Part shown: piece after piece, positions 16,694 to 24,909 of the stretch | Layout of the letters: each line of letters starts with the position of its first letter | Numbering within the stretch: position 1 is the stretch's first letter | Source of the DNA: a virus | Lineage: Duplodnaviria; Caudoviricetes | IMG/VR virus record: IMGVR_UViG_3300037419_000304 | Span: 1 to 35,494 of that record | Reading direction: 5' to 3' (one strand) | Length of the DNA stretch: 35,494 nucleotides | Program-made: the position numbers and the translations under genes | Notes under the pieces: generated by a model | Told to the model about the DNA's origin: nothing | Seen by the model: only the letters and a program-made list of their open reading frames with translations | Databases searched by the model: none

Positions 16694-18798
16694 CGAACCA
16701 ACTCACGATGGAGATCCAGACCTCCCCTGGGGTGTGGCTGGACATCACCGACGACGTGTACCAGCGGGACTCGGTGAGGATCACGCAGGGCAAGAGCGAC
16801 GAGCAGTCGCAGGCCCAGCCGGGGTCAATGATGTTCACCCTCGACAATCGGGACGGGAAGTACTCGCCCCGTAATCCGTTGTCGCCGCTGTACGGGCTGA
16901 TCGGCCGCAACACCCCTGTGCGGTGCAAGTTGGAGAACGGGACGTGGCCACGGTTCTACGGCGAGATCTCGTCTTGGCCGCCGAAGTGGGATCCGTCGCA
17001 CTCGGACAACTTCGTCCCGGTGGAGGCGTACGGGATCCTGCGGAGGTTGGGGCAGGGGCAACCCACGATCTCGAACGCCCTCAAGGACTGGGTGCTGGCG
17101 CAGTCGACATTGAAGGCGTACTACCCGCTGGGCGGCGGCGAGGACACCACATACAGCCAGAATCTTGCCCCCGGCAAGACTGGCTCCTTCCGGTCGAGCG
17201 GCGCGACGTTCAAGTACGGCGTCGACATGGGCGCGCCATGGCTCGGGACCGGGATGGAGTTGTCCGCTGCCGCGTCACCGAATCACATGGAGGCCACAAC
17301 CGGTGGCTCTGCCGGGTCGTCTCAGGTGCTCGACTTCGTGTTCCGGTCGGACGGGTTCGGTGTCCTCGATGTCAAGGTGTGGCCGACCTACGACTCGTAC
17401 TGGAACCTTCGCCTGAACACCTCCACCGACGACGGCACGCTTCAGGTGTCGTACTACGACGATGCCAACGGCCTCTGGACGGACACCGCATCAGGGCCGA
17501 TTCCCGAACTGCAGGACTCTGAACTGCACACCTGCCGGTTCGTGTTGAGGGACACGGGCGGTGGTACGACTTGGTTCGTCTACGTTGACGGCGGGGCTGG
17601 TTACTCCGGCGGCGCACCCCCGAGCAACCCGCCCCTGACCAACGTCCCACTGGTGTGGTTCTACTACACGCACTACACAGGCCAGACCGTCGTCAACCTG
17701 GCGCACGTGACATTGTGGGCCGACAACACGCTCTCCAACATCCCCGCTGCCACCGACTACTACAACGCCGCATTCGCGTACGCAGGTGAGACAGCGACCG
17801 CCCGCATCACCCGTGTCGCCACAGACGGCGGGATCTCCGTCGGTGTCGTTACGGGCACCGAACCGGCGACGACGATGGGGCCGCAGTACACCGAGTCCCG
17901 GCTGGAACAGATCCGCGACGCCGAGACCACCGACATGGGGATCCTGTACGAGCACCGCGTCACCGGGGCTCTCATGTACAAGTCCCGTTCGGCGATGTAC
18001 AACTACAGCCAGACCTTCACTTTGGACTACTCCGCAGGCCACGTCTCACCGCCGTTGGAACCGGTCGACGACGACCAAACCACCCGCAACGACGTGACGG
18101 CCACAAGGCGCGAGGGAAGCAGCGCGCGGTACACGGTCGATACGGGTCCGATGTCGACACAGGACCCGCCTGACGGGGTGGGACGGTACGACACCGAGAT
18201 CACGGTGAACGTCGAAACCGACGGCATGCTCGACGGCGTCGCGGCGTGGGTCGCGAACCTCGGCACCCTCGACAAGGCGCGTTGGCCGAGCGTGACGGTG
18301 AATCTGAACAACCCGCGCATCCCCTCCACGTTGAGGGATCAGATCAGGGCCGCCGGCGTGGGCGACTGGTTCACGATCAAGAACATGAAGCAGGCGTACG
18401 TCTACGACGACGTCACGCTGATCATCGTCGGCTACTCGGAGACGATCGACCCCTTCTCCCACATCGTGACGTTCAACTGCATGCCCGCCGACCCGTACAC
18501 GGTCGCGGTGTACGACACCTCGAGGTACGACGCGGACGGCTCAACCATCACCTCCAACGTCACCGCAACCGCGACGGCGATCTCGGCAACCAAGGGCGGG
18601 ACGACGCTGTGGACGACCGACGCGACCCAGATGCCATTCGACATCCGGGTCGGTGGTGAGCGGATGACCGTCACCAACATCACCGGATCCAGCTCCCCGC
18701 AGACGATGACCGTCACGCGTTCCGTGAACGGCGTCTCCAAGGCGCAGACCGCGGGGACGGCGATCGAACTGTGGGACACCCCTCGCTATGCGCTCTAA
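16690..18798 (+). CDS. Minor tail/baseplate protein with probable LamG-like insertion
   Basis: W.DIT.DV, LDNRDG.YSP.NP.SP.YG, YYPL, P.DDDQ..RND; follows tape measure. Confidence 0.85.
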   Translation: MTNQLTMEIQTSPGVWLDITDDVYQRDSVRITQGKSDEQSQAQPGSMMFTLDNRDGKYSPRNPLSPLYGLIGRNTPVRCKLENGTWPRFYGEISSWPPKWDPSHSDNFVPVEAYGILRRLGQGQPTISNALKDWVLAQSTLKAYYPLGGGEDTTYSQNLAPGKTGSFRSSGATFKYGVDMGAPWLGTGMELSAAASPNHMEATTGGSAGSSQVLDFVFRSDGFGVLDVKVWPTYDSYWNLRLNTSTDDGTLQVSYYDDANGLWTDTASGPIPELQDSELHTCRFVLRDTGGGTTWFVYVDGGAGYSGGAPPSNPPLTNVPLVWFYYTHYTGQTVVNLAHVTLWADNTLSNIPAATDYYNAAFAYAGETATARITRVATDGGISVGVVTGTEPATTMGPQYTESRLEQIRDAETTDMGILYEHRVTGALMYKSRSAMYNYSQTFTLDYSAGHVSPPLEPVDDDQTTRNDVTATRREGSSARYTVDTGPMSTQDPPDGVGRYDTEITVNVETDGMLDGVAAWVANLGTLDKARWPSVTVNLNNPRIPSTLRDQIRAAGVGDWFTIKNMKQAYVYDDVTLIIVGYSETIDPFSHIVTFNCMPADPYTVAVYDTSRYDADGSTITSNVTATATAISATKGGTTLWTTDATQMPFDIRVGGERMTVTNITGSSSPQTMTVTRSVNGVSKAQTAGTAIELWDTPRYAL

Positions 18799-18807
18799 GG
18801 AGAACTG

Positions 18808-19506
18808 ATGGCCCAAGCCTCCGGGGACAAACTCCTCGCTCCGGGTCTGCCGAACGTACAGGTGTTCACATCCAGCGGCACATGGACCAAGCCGTCAGGT
18901 TACCGGGCCGTCATGGTCGAGGTGGTCGGTGGCGGCGGCGCTGGCGGCGGTGCCGTTGGTGTTACAAGCGCTCACTCAGTGGGCGGTGGCGGTGGCGCAG
19001 GCGGTTACGCACGCAAGTTGTGGCAGGCAAGCGAAGTCGGCTCAACCATGACCGTGACTGTGGGCGCTGGCGGGACCGCTGTATCCGGTGCTGCAGGCAA
19101 CAGTGGAAGCGCGTCTTCCGTCGTGTCGCTGGTCGGCACGGTCACCGGTAACGGCGGCAGTGGTGGCTCGACGACATCGTCAGCCTCCGGCTCGTTCGGC
19201 ATCCAAGGCGCAGCCGGGGGCACCGCGTCCGGTGGTGACCTCAACTGCACCGGAGGCGGCGGTACGCACGGCTGGGGTGACAACCAATTGGCCGCGTCTG
19301 GTTCGGGTGGCTCCAGTGTCCTGGGCGGTGGAGCCCGAGGCGTGTCAGCCACTTCCGTCCCGAACTCGATTGCGGGTGTGGCTGGTGGCGCCTACGGCGG
19401 CGGGGGTTCGGGCGCAATCACTGGCGCTGGCGCTTCACCTTCTGCATCCGCATCCGCGGGCGGTGCAGGTGCAGGTGGCGTAGTGGTCATCACGACGTAC
19501 TTCTGA
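18808..19506 (+). CDS. Glycine-rich minor tail protein
   Basis: FTSSGTWTKP.G...V.VEVVGGGG.GG, YGGGGSGA, GG.GA.GVV.IT. Confidence 0.85.
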   Translation: MAQASGDKLLAPGLPNVQVFTSSGTWTKPSGYRAVMVEVVGGGGAGGGAVGVTSAHSVGGGGGAGGYARKLWQASEVGSTMTVTVGAGGTAVSGAAGNSGSASSVVSLVGTVTGNGGSGGSTTSSASGSFGIQGAAGGTASGGDLNCTGGGGTHGWGDNQLAASGSGGSSVLGGGARGVSATSVPNSIAGVAGGAYGGGGSGAITGAGASPSASASAGGAGAGGVVVITTYF

Positions 19507-19523
19507 CATAGGAGGAGACTGAT

Positions 19524-19757
19524 ATGGGTTGGAGTAGCGCAACGCTCGACGAAGCGAACGCCACATACAACTTCGCGTTCCAGCACACCAACGGGAAGGT
19601 GCTGACGTTCACCGTCACTGGCGCCGCATACCTGGACAACCCCGCTGAGTATGACGCTGCGTTCGCGGACGCTGCGGAAGTCCTCGACGCCAGCAGCGCA
19701 TTCACCTTCCTCGGCGGCGGCCGCATGACACCGTCGAACCAGACGTACTCGCTCTAG
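19524..19757 (+). CDS. Hypothetical protein (77 aa)
   Basis: AGGAGG RBS; fills gap in operon. Confidence 0.7.
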   Translation: MGWSSATLDEANATYNFAFQHTNGKVLTFTVTGAAYLDNPAEYDAAFADAAEVLDASSAFTFLGGGRMTPSNQTYSL

Positions 19758-19768
19758 GAGGGTGACGG

Positions 19769-19969
19769 GTGGGCAAGACACCTAAGCCCACCCAGGAAGA
19801 GTTCGGGGTACTCAAGACGCAGGCCACCAACCTGACGAGGCGGGTCGCCGAACTCGAGCGGCACATAGCCGACCTCGAGGAGCGCACCGCTGCCCTGGAG
19901 GCTGCTGCTCGAGCATTCGCCGTGGTGTACGCGATACCGCGCATCACTCCTGGGGACGGTGGCACATGA
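19769..19969 (+). CDS. Short coiled-coil protein
   Basis: AGGAGG RBS; heptad LTRRVAELERHIADLEERTAALE. Confidence 0.7.
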   Translation: MGKTPKPTQEEFGVLKTQATNLTRRVAELERHIADLEERTAALEAAARAFAVVYAIPRITPGDGGT

Positions 19970-20367
19970 GGCTGATACCTCCGAAGTACCGGCGTGGGGT
20001 GAGGATCGGTAAGTACGTCCTCCTCACGCTGGCCGGCGCGGCGATGTTCGCTTTGGATTCGGCGGTGCTCACGTCGGCGCTCGGGATCATGGTGTACGCG
20101 TGGGCGATCCTGCTGTTCGTCGGTGGTTCCCTTTGTTTACTGGGGGTTCTCACTGACTGGTGGCTTGGTGAGTTCGTGGGGATACCCGCGATCTTCACCG
20201 TGAACCTGATGCTGTTCCTCGTCCTGTTCGTCGGTGGCTTGACCGCGCCGAACCCTGCGAGGATCACGTTCGGCTTGTTGTTCGGCTCGTTCGCCCTCTG
20301 GGTCCTGGCCCGGTTCATCGACATCTGGAACATCGCCGCCGGAAGTAAGGCGGTGAATGGTGAGTGA
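19966..20367 (+). CDS. Membrane protein, about 4 TM helices (holin-like)
   Basis: Four hydrophobic segments; lysis region. Confidence 0.75.
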   Translation: MRLIPPKYRRGVRIGKYVLLTLAGAAMFALDSAVLTSALGIMVYAWAILLFVGGSLCLLGVLTDWWLGEFVGIPAIFTVNLMLFLVLFVGGLTAPNPARITFGLLFGSFALWVLARFIDIWNIAAGSKAVNGE

Positions 20368-20650
20368 CTGGCTCAACACTCTGTTTCCAACGGGGCTCGC
20401 TGCTGTGTTCCTCGCCGCGTACAAGGGTGTCGCTGAGATCCGTAAGGGCGCGCACACGAAGGAGCGCGGAGCCATCGCCGACCTGAAGAAGTGGCGCGAG
20501 GAACAGTACGACGCCCGAAGGCTGGCCGAGAAGCGCGAGTCGTACTGGCGGTCGTATGCGGGGAAGTGCGAGTGGGAGCTCGAACGTCGGGGACTCCCGG
20601 TTCCCCCTAGGCCGAAGGCCGACTTCATCGACGACGAGGAAGCGACATGA
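20357..20650 (+). CDS. Membrane-anchored coiled-coil protein (lysis accessory)
   Basis: N-terminal hydrophobic segment, charged helix, L.RRG..VPP.P ending. Confidence 0.7.
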   Translation: MVSDWLNTLFPTGLAAVFLAAYKGVAEIRKGAHTKERGAIADLKKWREEQYDARRLAEKRESYWRSYAGKCEWELERRGLPVPPRPKADFIDDEEAT

Positions 20651-21360
20651 ACGGCCCGGAGCGGATGTTCTCGGAGCATCGTCGTGAGCAGCGCCGCAGC
20701 GGGATCATGTGGCTCATTCTCGCGTTGGTGCTGGCGATGACGTTGGGGTTCTCGTGGCGCTCCGACCGCAGGGCCGACAGCAGCGACAAGAGGTTCGCTG
20801 CGTCGAACTCGCAGGTAGACGCACTGAAGGGCCAGGTAACGACCAACGGCGAACTGGCGAGGTCCGCGAAGGAAGCCGCTGACGAGGCGAACCGCCGCCT
20901 CGCAGCGGCAGGGAAGCCCACGGTCCCTGTCCCATCCCAACCTCCGGTAACCCCGTCCGCTCCTCCCGAGGGGGCCCAGGGCCCGCCTGGACCTCAGGGG
21001 CCACCCGGCATCCAGGGACCTCCGGGGCCGGTCGGTCTCACCGGCCAGTCTCCTGTATGTCTCCTGTTGCCTTCCAAATGCGTCGGGCCGAAAGGAGCCA
21101 CCGGACCTCAGGGTGAGACTGGCCCCGAAGGACCGAAGGGCGATCCCGGCGCTACAGGTGAGACGGGACCTCAAGGCCCAGTTGGACCGCAAGGCGAGGT
21201 AGGCCCACAAGGACCAGCCGGCGCTGACGGCAAGGACGGCCGCGGGATCGCCGACACCGACTGCCAGGACGACGGCACCTGGCTCATCACCTACACCGAC
21301 GGCACGAAGCAGACCGCACGAGGACCGTGCCGCTTCGTGATGCCGCCAGCCACGAACTAG
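20647..21360 (+). CDS. Membrane-anchored collagen-like protein
   Basis: One TM, coiled coil, two Gly-X-Y tracts split by CLLLPSKC, C-terminal C...G.W.ITYTDG....GPC. Confidence 0.85.
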   Translation: MNGPERMFSEHRREQRRSGIMWLILALVLAMTLGFSWRSDRRADSSDKRFAASNSQVDALKGQVTTNGELARSAKEAADEANRRLAAAGKPTVPVPSQPPVTPSAPPEGAQGPPGPQGPPGIQGPPGPVGLTGQSPVCLLLPSKCVGPKGATGPQGETGPEGPKGDPGATGETGPQGPVGPQGEVGPQGPAGADGKDGRGIADTDCQDDGTWLITYTDGTKQTARGPCRFVMPPATN

Positions 21361-21373
21361 GTCAGGAGAAGCA

Positions 21374-22261
21374 ATGGCTCAACCCATGACGAAGGCCGAG
21401 TGGCAGGCCGCCATGTCCAAGTGGGGCGTCCCGGTCAAGTGGTTCTCCGGCTGGGACACCCGCGGCCGACCCGGCGACTTCACCAGCATCAACGGCGTGG
21501 TCATCCACCACACTGGATCCGACATTCAGTCCGACGACTACCTGAAGTGGCTGTTCACGATCGGCCGCGCCACCGAGGGCATCCCCGCCCCGCTGTGTCA
21601 CGTCTCCACCGACATGGACGGCGACGTGTGGGTCGGTGCCATCGGTAGGGCGAACCACGCCGGCAAGGGCTCGAGCTCCACCCTCAATGCGGTGATCTCC
21701 GAGGACTACCGTGGCTTCTCTGCTGAGATCGGCCCCGGCCCGGACAACACCGACGGGAACGCCCACTTCTACGGCAACGAGGTCCGCTATGACGGCGGCC
21801 AACCGATGACGGACAAGCAGCACGCATCCGCTGTCAGGTGGGCTGCCGCGATCTGCGACCACTACGGCTGGTCCGCACTCTCAGTGATCGGCCACCGCGA
21901 GTGGTCCTCACGCAAGAACGACCCCGGTCTGTGCCCCATGACGAAGTTCCGCGCCGACGTAGCCGCGCTACTGAAGGCCGGACCCCCAACCAAGTCCGCT
22001 CCTGGCGGCACCCCCGCTGCCACCACTGGAGGTTCCATGTCACTCACCGACGCCGACAAGGTCTGGCTGCGCGCCCAGATGGACGACGCGATCTCGGACT
22101 ACAACGCCCGCCTGTGGGGTGAGGGTGGCTCGGCCGGCGAGTTCCAGCAGCGCACCGACGCCCGCATCCTCGACATCCTCAACAACAAGCTGCCCGAGAT
22201 CAAGCTCCAACTGGACCGCATCGAAGACGACACCGACGACGGGACTCCCGTCCCCGCCTGA
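21374..22261 (+). CDS. Endolysin, N-acetylmuramoyl-L-alanine amidase (Amidase_2 type)
   Basis: VIHHTG, PLCH, GRANHAG, G.E, IGHREW...K.DPG zinc-amidase motifs. Confidence 0.93.
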   Translation: MAQPMTKAEWQAAMSKWGVPVKWFSGWDTRGRPGDFTSINGVVIHHTGSDIQSDDYLKWLFTIGRATEGIPAPLCHVSTDMDGDVWVGAIGRANHAGKGSSSTLNAVISEDYRGFSAEIGPGPDNTDGNAHFYGNEVRYDGGQPMTDKQHASAVRWAAAICDHYGWSALSVIGHREWSSRKNDPGLCPMTKFRADVAALLKAGPPTKSAPGGTPAATTGGSMSLTDADKVWLRAQMDDAISDYNARLWGEGGSAGEFQQRTDARILDILNNKLPEIKLQLDRIEDDTDDGTPVPA

Positions 22262-22434
22262 TGGCGCTCTACGAGTACGACACGTGGACCGGCGTGAAGA
22301 AGGTCGTCGAGGCCGAGAAGGTCGCCTTCAAGCCGGGTCACGTCCTGTTCCTCACCCTCGACGACCAACTGATCCTCGGTGAACGCAACGCCAACGTGAA
22401 CCACCTCAGACAGGTAATGCCTGGAGAAGAGTGA
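22261..22434 (+). CDS. Hypothetical protein (57 aa)
   Basis: TGATG overlap with lysin; MALYEYDTWTGVKKVVEAEKVAFKPGHV...; absent from ORF track. Confidence 0.7.
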   Translation: MALYEYDTWTGVKKVVEAEKVAFKPGHVLFLTLDDQLILGERNANVNHLRQVMPGEE

Positions 22435-22437
22435 GCC

Positions 22438-22635
22438 ATGAAGAACATCGGCAAGTACTGGAAGGCCGTCGCCGGCTTCGTCGCCCCTGGCGCGGTCGTC
22501 ATCGGCTCAGCTGTCACCGACGCATCCGCAGGTGGCTCAGCGATCACTGGCGCCGAGTGGGTCACTGCTGCCGTCGCCTGTGTCGTCACGTCGGCCGGCG
22601 TCTACGCCGTCCGCAACAACCCGGCAGGTGAGTGA
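22438..22635 (+). CDS. Holin (2 TM)
   Basis: KYWKAV, IT..EW, GVYAV.N motifs typical of actinophage holins. Confidence 0.8.
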   Translation: MKNIGKYWKAVAGFVAPGAVVIGSAVTDASAGGSAITGAEWVTAAVACVVTSAGVYAVRNNPAGE

Positions 22636-22781
22636 TGAGCGTCCTCGTCCTCGTCCTGGTCCTGCTGATCCTCGCCGCGTTCAGCTTCCTACTCGCGACC
22701 GTAGGCATCGGCGGTAAGTGGAACCTGCTCGCGCTGGGCCTGTTCTTCTGGGTGCTGACCGAGGTCGTCGCCAAGCTCTAG
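22635..22781 (+). CDS. Small 2-TM membrane protein (48 aa)
   Basis: TGATG overlap; MSVLVLVLVLLILAAFSFLLATVGIGGKWNLLALGLFFWVLTEVVAKL; absent from ORF track. Confidence 0.75.
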   Translation: MSVLVLVLVLLILAAFSFLLATVGIGGKWNLLALGLFFWVLTEVVAKL

Positions 22782-23029
22782 TTCGGCTGGGCTTCCTGCA
22801 GCTTCTTGTTGAACTCGTCGTACCACTCAGTGGCGGCCTTGTTGAAGTCCTTGTCGCTGAGCTTCTTGCACACCTCGGGCCGCGTGGACTTGTCCTGTGT
22901 CCACTGGACGATCCCAGTGTTGCTGGTGTTGATCGCTTCTTTGCAGGCCGCGATACCAGCCTGATCGGACCCGCCGCAGGCGGCGAGCGCGAATACGACG
23001 ATGGCGGTGAAGGCTGCCGCTCGTTTCAT
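22778..23029 (-). CDS. Lipoprotein (83 aa)
   Basis: Signal peptide with lipobox LAAC-GG; AAGGGG RBS; two more Cys. Confidence 0.85.
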   Translation of the reverse strand: MKRAAAFTAIVVFALAACGGSDQAGIAACKEAINTSNTGIVQWTQDKSTRPEVCKKLSDKDFNKAATEWYDEFNKKLQEAQPN

Positions 23030-23102
23030 GGCGTTTCCCCCTTGTCCACCGCGTCTATCGCGGCTGGTGCTGTCGGTGTTACATCGTGCTTAGACGAACG
23101 CA

Positions 23103-23139
23103 GAGCGCCTCGGGTTTCCAAGCCCGAGGCGCTCCTTTT
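23103..23139 (+). terminator. Intrinsic terminator ending the late operon
   Basis: GAGCGCCTCGGG/CCCGAGGCGCTC 12-bp stem followed by CTTTT. Confidence 0.75.
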
Positions 23140-23186
23140 GCGTACCGAGCCACAAGGCCAACTTCAGACTCGGCAGATCGTGGAGG

Positions 23187-23351
23187 CTACTTGAGCCACT
23201 CGCCCCGGCAGTCTGACCAGATGACGTACGCCATGAAGGCAGAGAGCGCGCCGATCGGGAGCGCGTAGTAGATGGTCGCAGGATTCAGGACCGCCATCAG
23301 CGCAAGCGCCACCGCGAAGGCGACGTTGCCGAGCAGGAACAGCCACTTCAT
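23187..23351 (-). CDS. Small 2-TM membrane protein (54 aa)
   Basis: MKWLFLLGNVAFAVALALMAVLNPATIYYALPIGALSAFMAYVIWSDCRGEWLK; GAGGA RBS; absent from ORF track. Confidence 0.75.
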   Translation of the reverse strand: MKWLFLLGNVAFAVALALMAVLNPATIYYALPIGALSAFMAYVIWSDCRGEWLK

Positions 23352-23354
23352 GGT

Positions 23355-23600
23355 CTAGTCCTCATCCAGCCAGTGCAGCCTGCCGTCCCCGGTGGCGTGG
23401 TGACCTACGTGGCGGTCGTTGAGGACGCACACACCCCCGGTCTTGTGGGCTTCCCCGCAGGCTGCGGGACGGACCTGCGCCTCCAGTGCGTCAGCGATCC
23501 GCGACAGCAGGGGAATCATGTCATCCAGAGTCGCAGGCTCCAGTCTCGGATCGCCAGGGTGAACCTCAGCCAGCCATGCTGCCTCATCACCGGTCACCAC
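23355..23600 (-). CDS. Hypothetical protein with C...C...H.G.H metal-binding motif
   Basis: CGEAH...CVL..RH.GHH...W; GGGAG RBS. Confidence 0.7.
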   Translation of the reverse strand: MVTGDEAAWLAEVHPGDPRLEPATLDDMIPLLSRIADALEAQVRPAACGEAHKTGGVCVLNDRHVGHHATGDGRLHWLDED

Positions 23601-23610
23601 TCCACTCCCT

Positions 23611-23829
23611 TCACTGCTTCACCTTCTCTACCCACTGGTTGATCGACTCCCACTGTTCAGGGGTGGCATCGATGATGAACGTGGACGGCGCCGCGGTGTT
23701 GGGAGGATCCTCTCTGATCTCACGCCAGAGGATGCGATGCGCGTACAGGTATTCCCGCAGTTGGTGTCTTACGAGAGCGCCAGCAATAACAAGCTCGCGA
23801 CGCTCAGCGGCCATCTTGCTATCGTTCAT
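23611..23829 (-). CDS. Hypothetical protein (72 aa)
   Basis: TAAGGAG RBS upstream. Confidence 0.7.
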   Translation of the reverse strand: MNDSKMAAERRELVIAGALVRHQLREYLYAHRILWREIREDPPNTAAPSTFIIDATPEQWESINQWVEKVKQ

Positions 23830-23862
23830 TCCGGGTCGAGCTCCTTACCTGGATCGACTCTT

Positions 23863-23906
23863 GCGCCCTCACCCTCGCCGGGGTGGGGGCGCTTTTCTGG
23901 TTTTTT
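23863..23906 (+). terminator. Intrinsic terminator on + strand, antisense to the cargo genes
   Basis: GCGCCCTCACCC/GGGTGGGGGCGC stem (G-U works only on +) followed by TTTTCTGGTTTTTT. Confidence 0.75.
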
Positions 23907-23908
23907 AC

Positions 23909-23988
23909 CCAGCCCTCGAACGGGAGCTACCCGCTCGAGGGCTGGAACCGGACCGCTCAGCGGGAGCTACCCACCCGCGCTTCCGGAC
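23909..23988 (-). ncRNA. Candidate structured RNA with two GGG-UAGCU-CCC hairpins
   Basis: CGGGAGCTACCC at 23921 and 23961; 16-bp stem 23909-23945; G-U pairs favour the - strand. Confidence 0.45.
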
Positions 23989-24007
23989 GCTCGCGTTGAG
24001 CGTACCC

Positions 24008-24703
24008 CTACAGGCGGCTTGCGATCACGCCTGCCCAGTAGGCGCAGCCGTTGCCGTGACCCGTGCCCGCAGCAGCCCACGGGTGGACGCCGTCCTGCAG
24101 GTAGTACGACAGCGCCCGACCACGACCGACAGCACCAGTGAGTGCGGGGGTCCAGCCGATGACGTTCGGCACCGTGGCGTAGATGGCGGCGTTCACCTGA
24201 CCCGAGTTGCGGATGTCGCTCGCCAGATAGGCGGGACGACCCACGTAGGTGTCCACCCAGTACAGCTTCGACCCCGCCTCGCTCATCCACCTCGCGGCGC
24301 GGGAGACCTGGGCGGGGGCGGCGAACGGGTTGAACACGTCGTTCGTTCCGGCTGCCATGACCACCACCGGGGGCAGGGACAGCTGGTTCATTAGCAGGTC
24401 CGTGAGCTGCTTCGTGTTCGCACCTGATTGCGCAGAGACTGCCAGGGTCTTGCCCTTGGCGGCCAGCGCGGTGCGGAGCGCGGGGTAACAACGCGTGGTG
24501 ATGGAGTCCCCGACGATCAGGACGTCAGCGGTGGCGGTGCTGCCCTTGGCGACCGGGCTACCGGTGATGCCACCCCAGCGCCCGGAGCCGTAGTTGACGG
24601 TCGGGCTGATGTAGGACTGGCTGGCGTCAGCGGTGAGTACGCCGCACCAGGCCGCCACCAAAACGGCGGCGACGAGCAGCTTGAAGCGGGTCTTGACGTG
24701 CAT
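24008..24703 (-). CDS. Secreted SGNH/GDSL hydrolase family protein (231 aa)
   Basis: Signal peptide, blocks VGDSIT, SG, GTND, DGVHP; AGAAGGAG RBS before ATG 24703. Confidence 0.9.
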   Translation of the reverse strand: MHVKTRFKLLVAAVLVAAWCGVLTADASQSYISPTVNYGSGRWGGITGSPVAKGSTATADVLIVGDSITTRCYPALRTALAAKGKTLAVSAQSGANTKQLTDLLMNQLSLPPVVVMAAGTNDVFNPFAAPAQVSRAARWMSEAGSKLYWVDTYVGRPAYLASDIRNSGQVNAAIYATVPNVIGWTPALTGAVGRGRALSYYLQDGVHPWAAAGTGHGNGCAYWAGVIASRL

Positions 24704-24714
24704 TGTGTCTCCTT

Positions 24715-24736
24715 CTGCCGCTCCACTGCCGCTCCA
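24715..24736. promoter_or_regulatory. Integrase arm-type sites, left pair
   Basis: Tandem CTGCCGCTCCA x2; same motif recurs on the other side of the core. Confidence 0.75.
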
Positions 24737-24795
24737 GCTTTTGCAGGCTACTTTCGGAACCGCCTCTGGGGGAGTGTTTTGAGCGTGAAATACGG

Positions 24796-24845
24796 GGTGG
24801 GCGATACTGGGTTCGAACCAGTGACCTCTTCGGTGTGAACGAAGC
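24796..24845 (-). mobile_element. attP core matching the 3' half of tRNA-Val(CAC)
   Basis: Reverse strand reads GCTTCG-TTCACAC-CGAAG AGGTC ACTGG-TTCGAAC-CCAGT ATCGCCC A CC (anticodon arm, T arm, acceptor 3' strand); no D arm or 5' strand; 51 bp from the integrase stop. Confidence 0.92.
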
Positions 24846-24860
24846 AAAACCTGCAGGTCA

Positions 24861-24909
24861 CGGGCTCTTATGGGTCCAACGTAGCATGAAACGGGTTCAT
24901 TTGGGAACA
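24861..24909 (-). promoter_or_regulatory. Phased repeats, candidate excisionase binding sites
   Basis: Minus-strand AGAGCCCG (24861-68), TGGACCCA (24871-78), TGAACCCG (24892-99), TGTTCCCA (24902-09). Confidence 0.55.

Noticed and set aside
16690-21360. Diversity-generating retroelement or invertible tail cassette
   Set aside because: No reverse transcriptase, invertase or template/variable repeat pair seen; Gly-rich and collagen repeats are protein-level
24796-24870. Full tRNA-Val gene
   Set aside because: Only anticodon arm, T arm and 3' acceptor strand are present; upstream sequence has no D arm or 5' acceptor strand, so it is an att core
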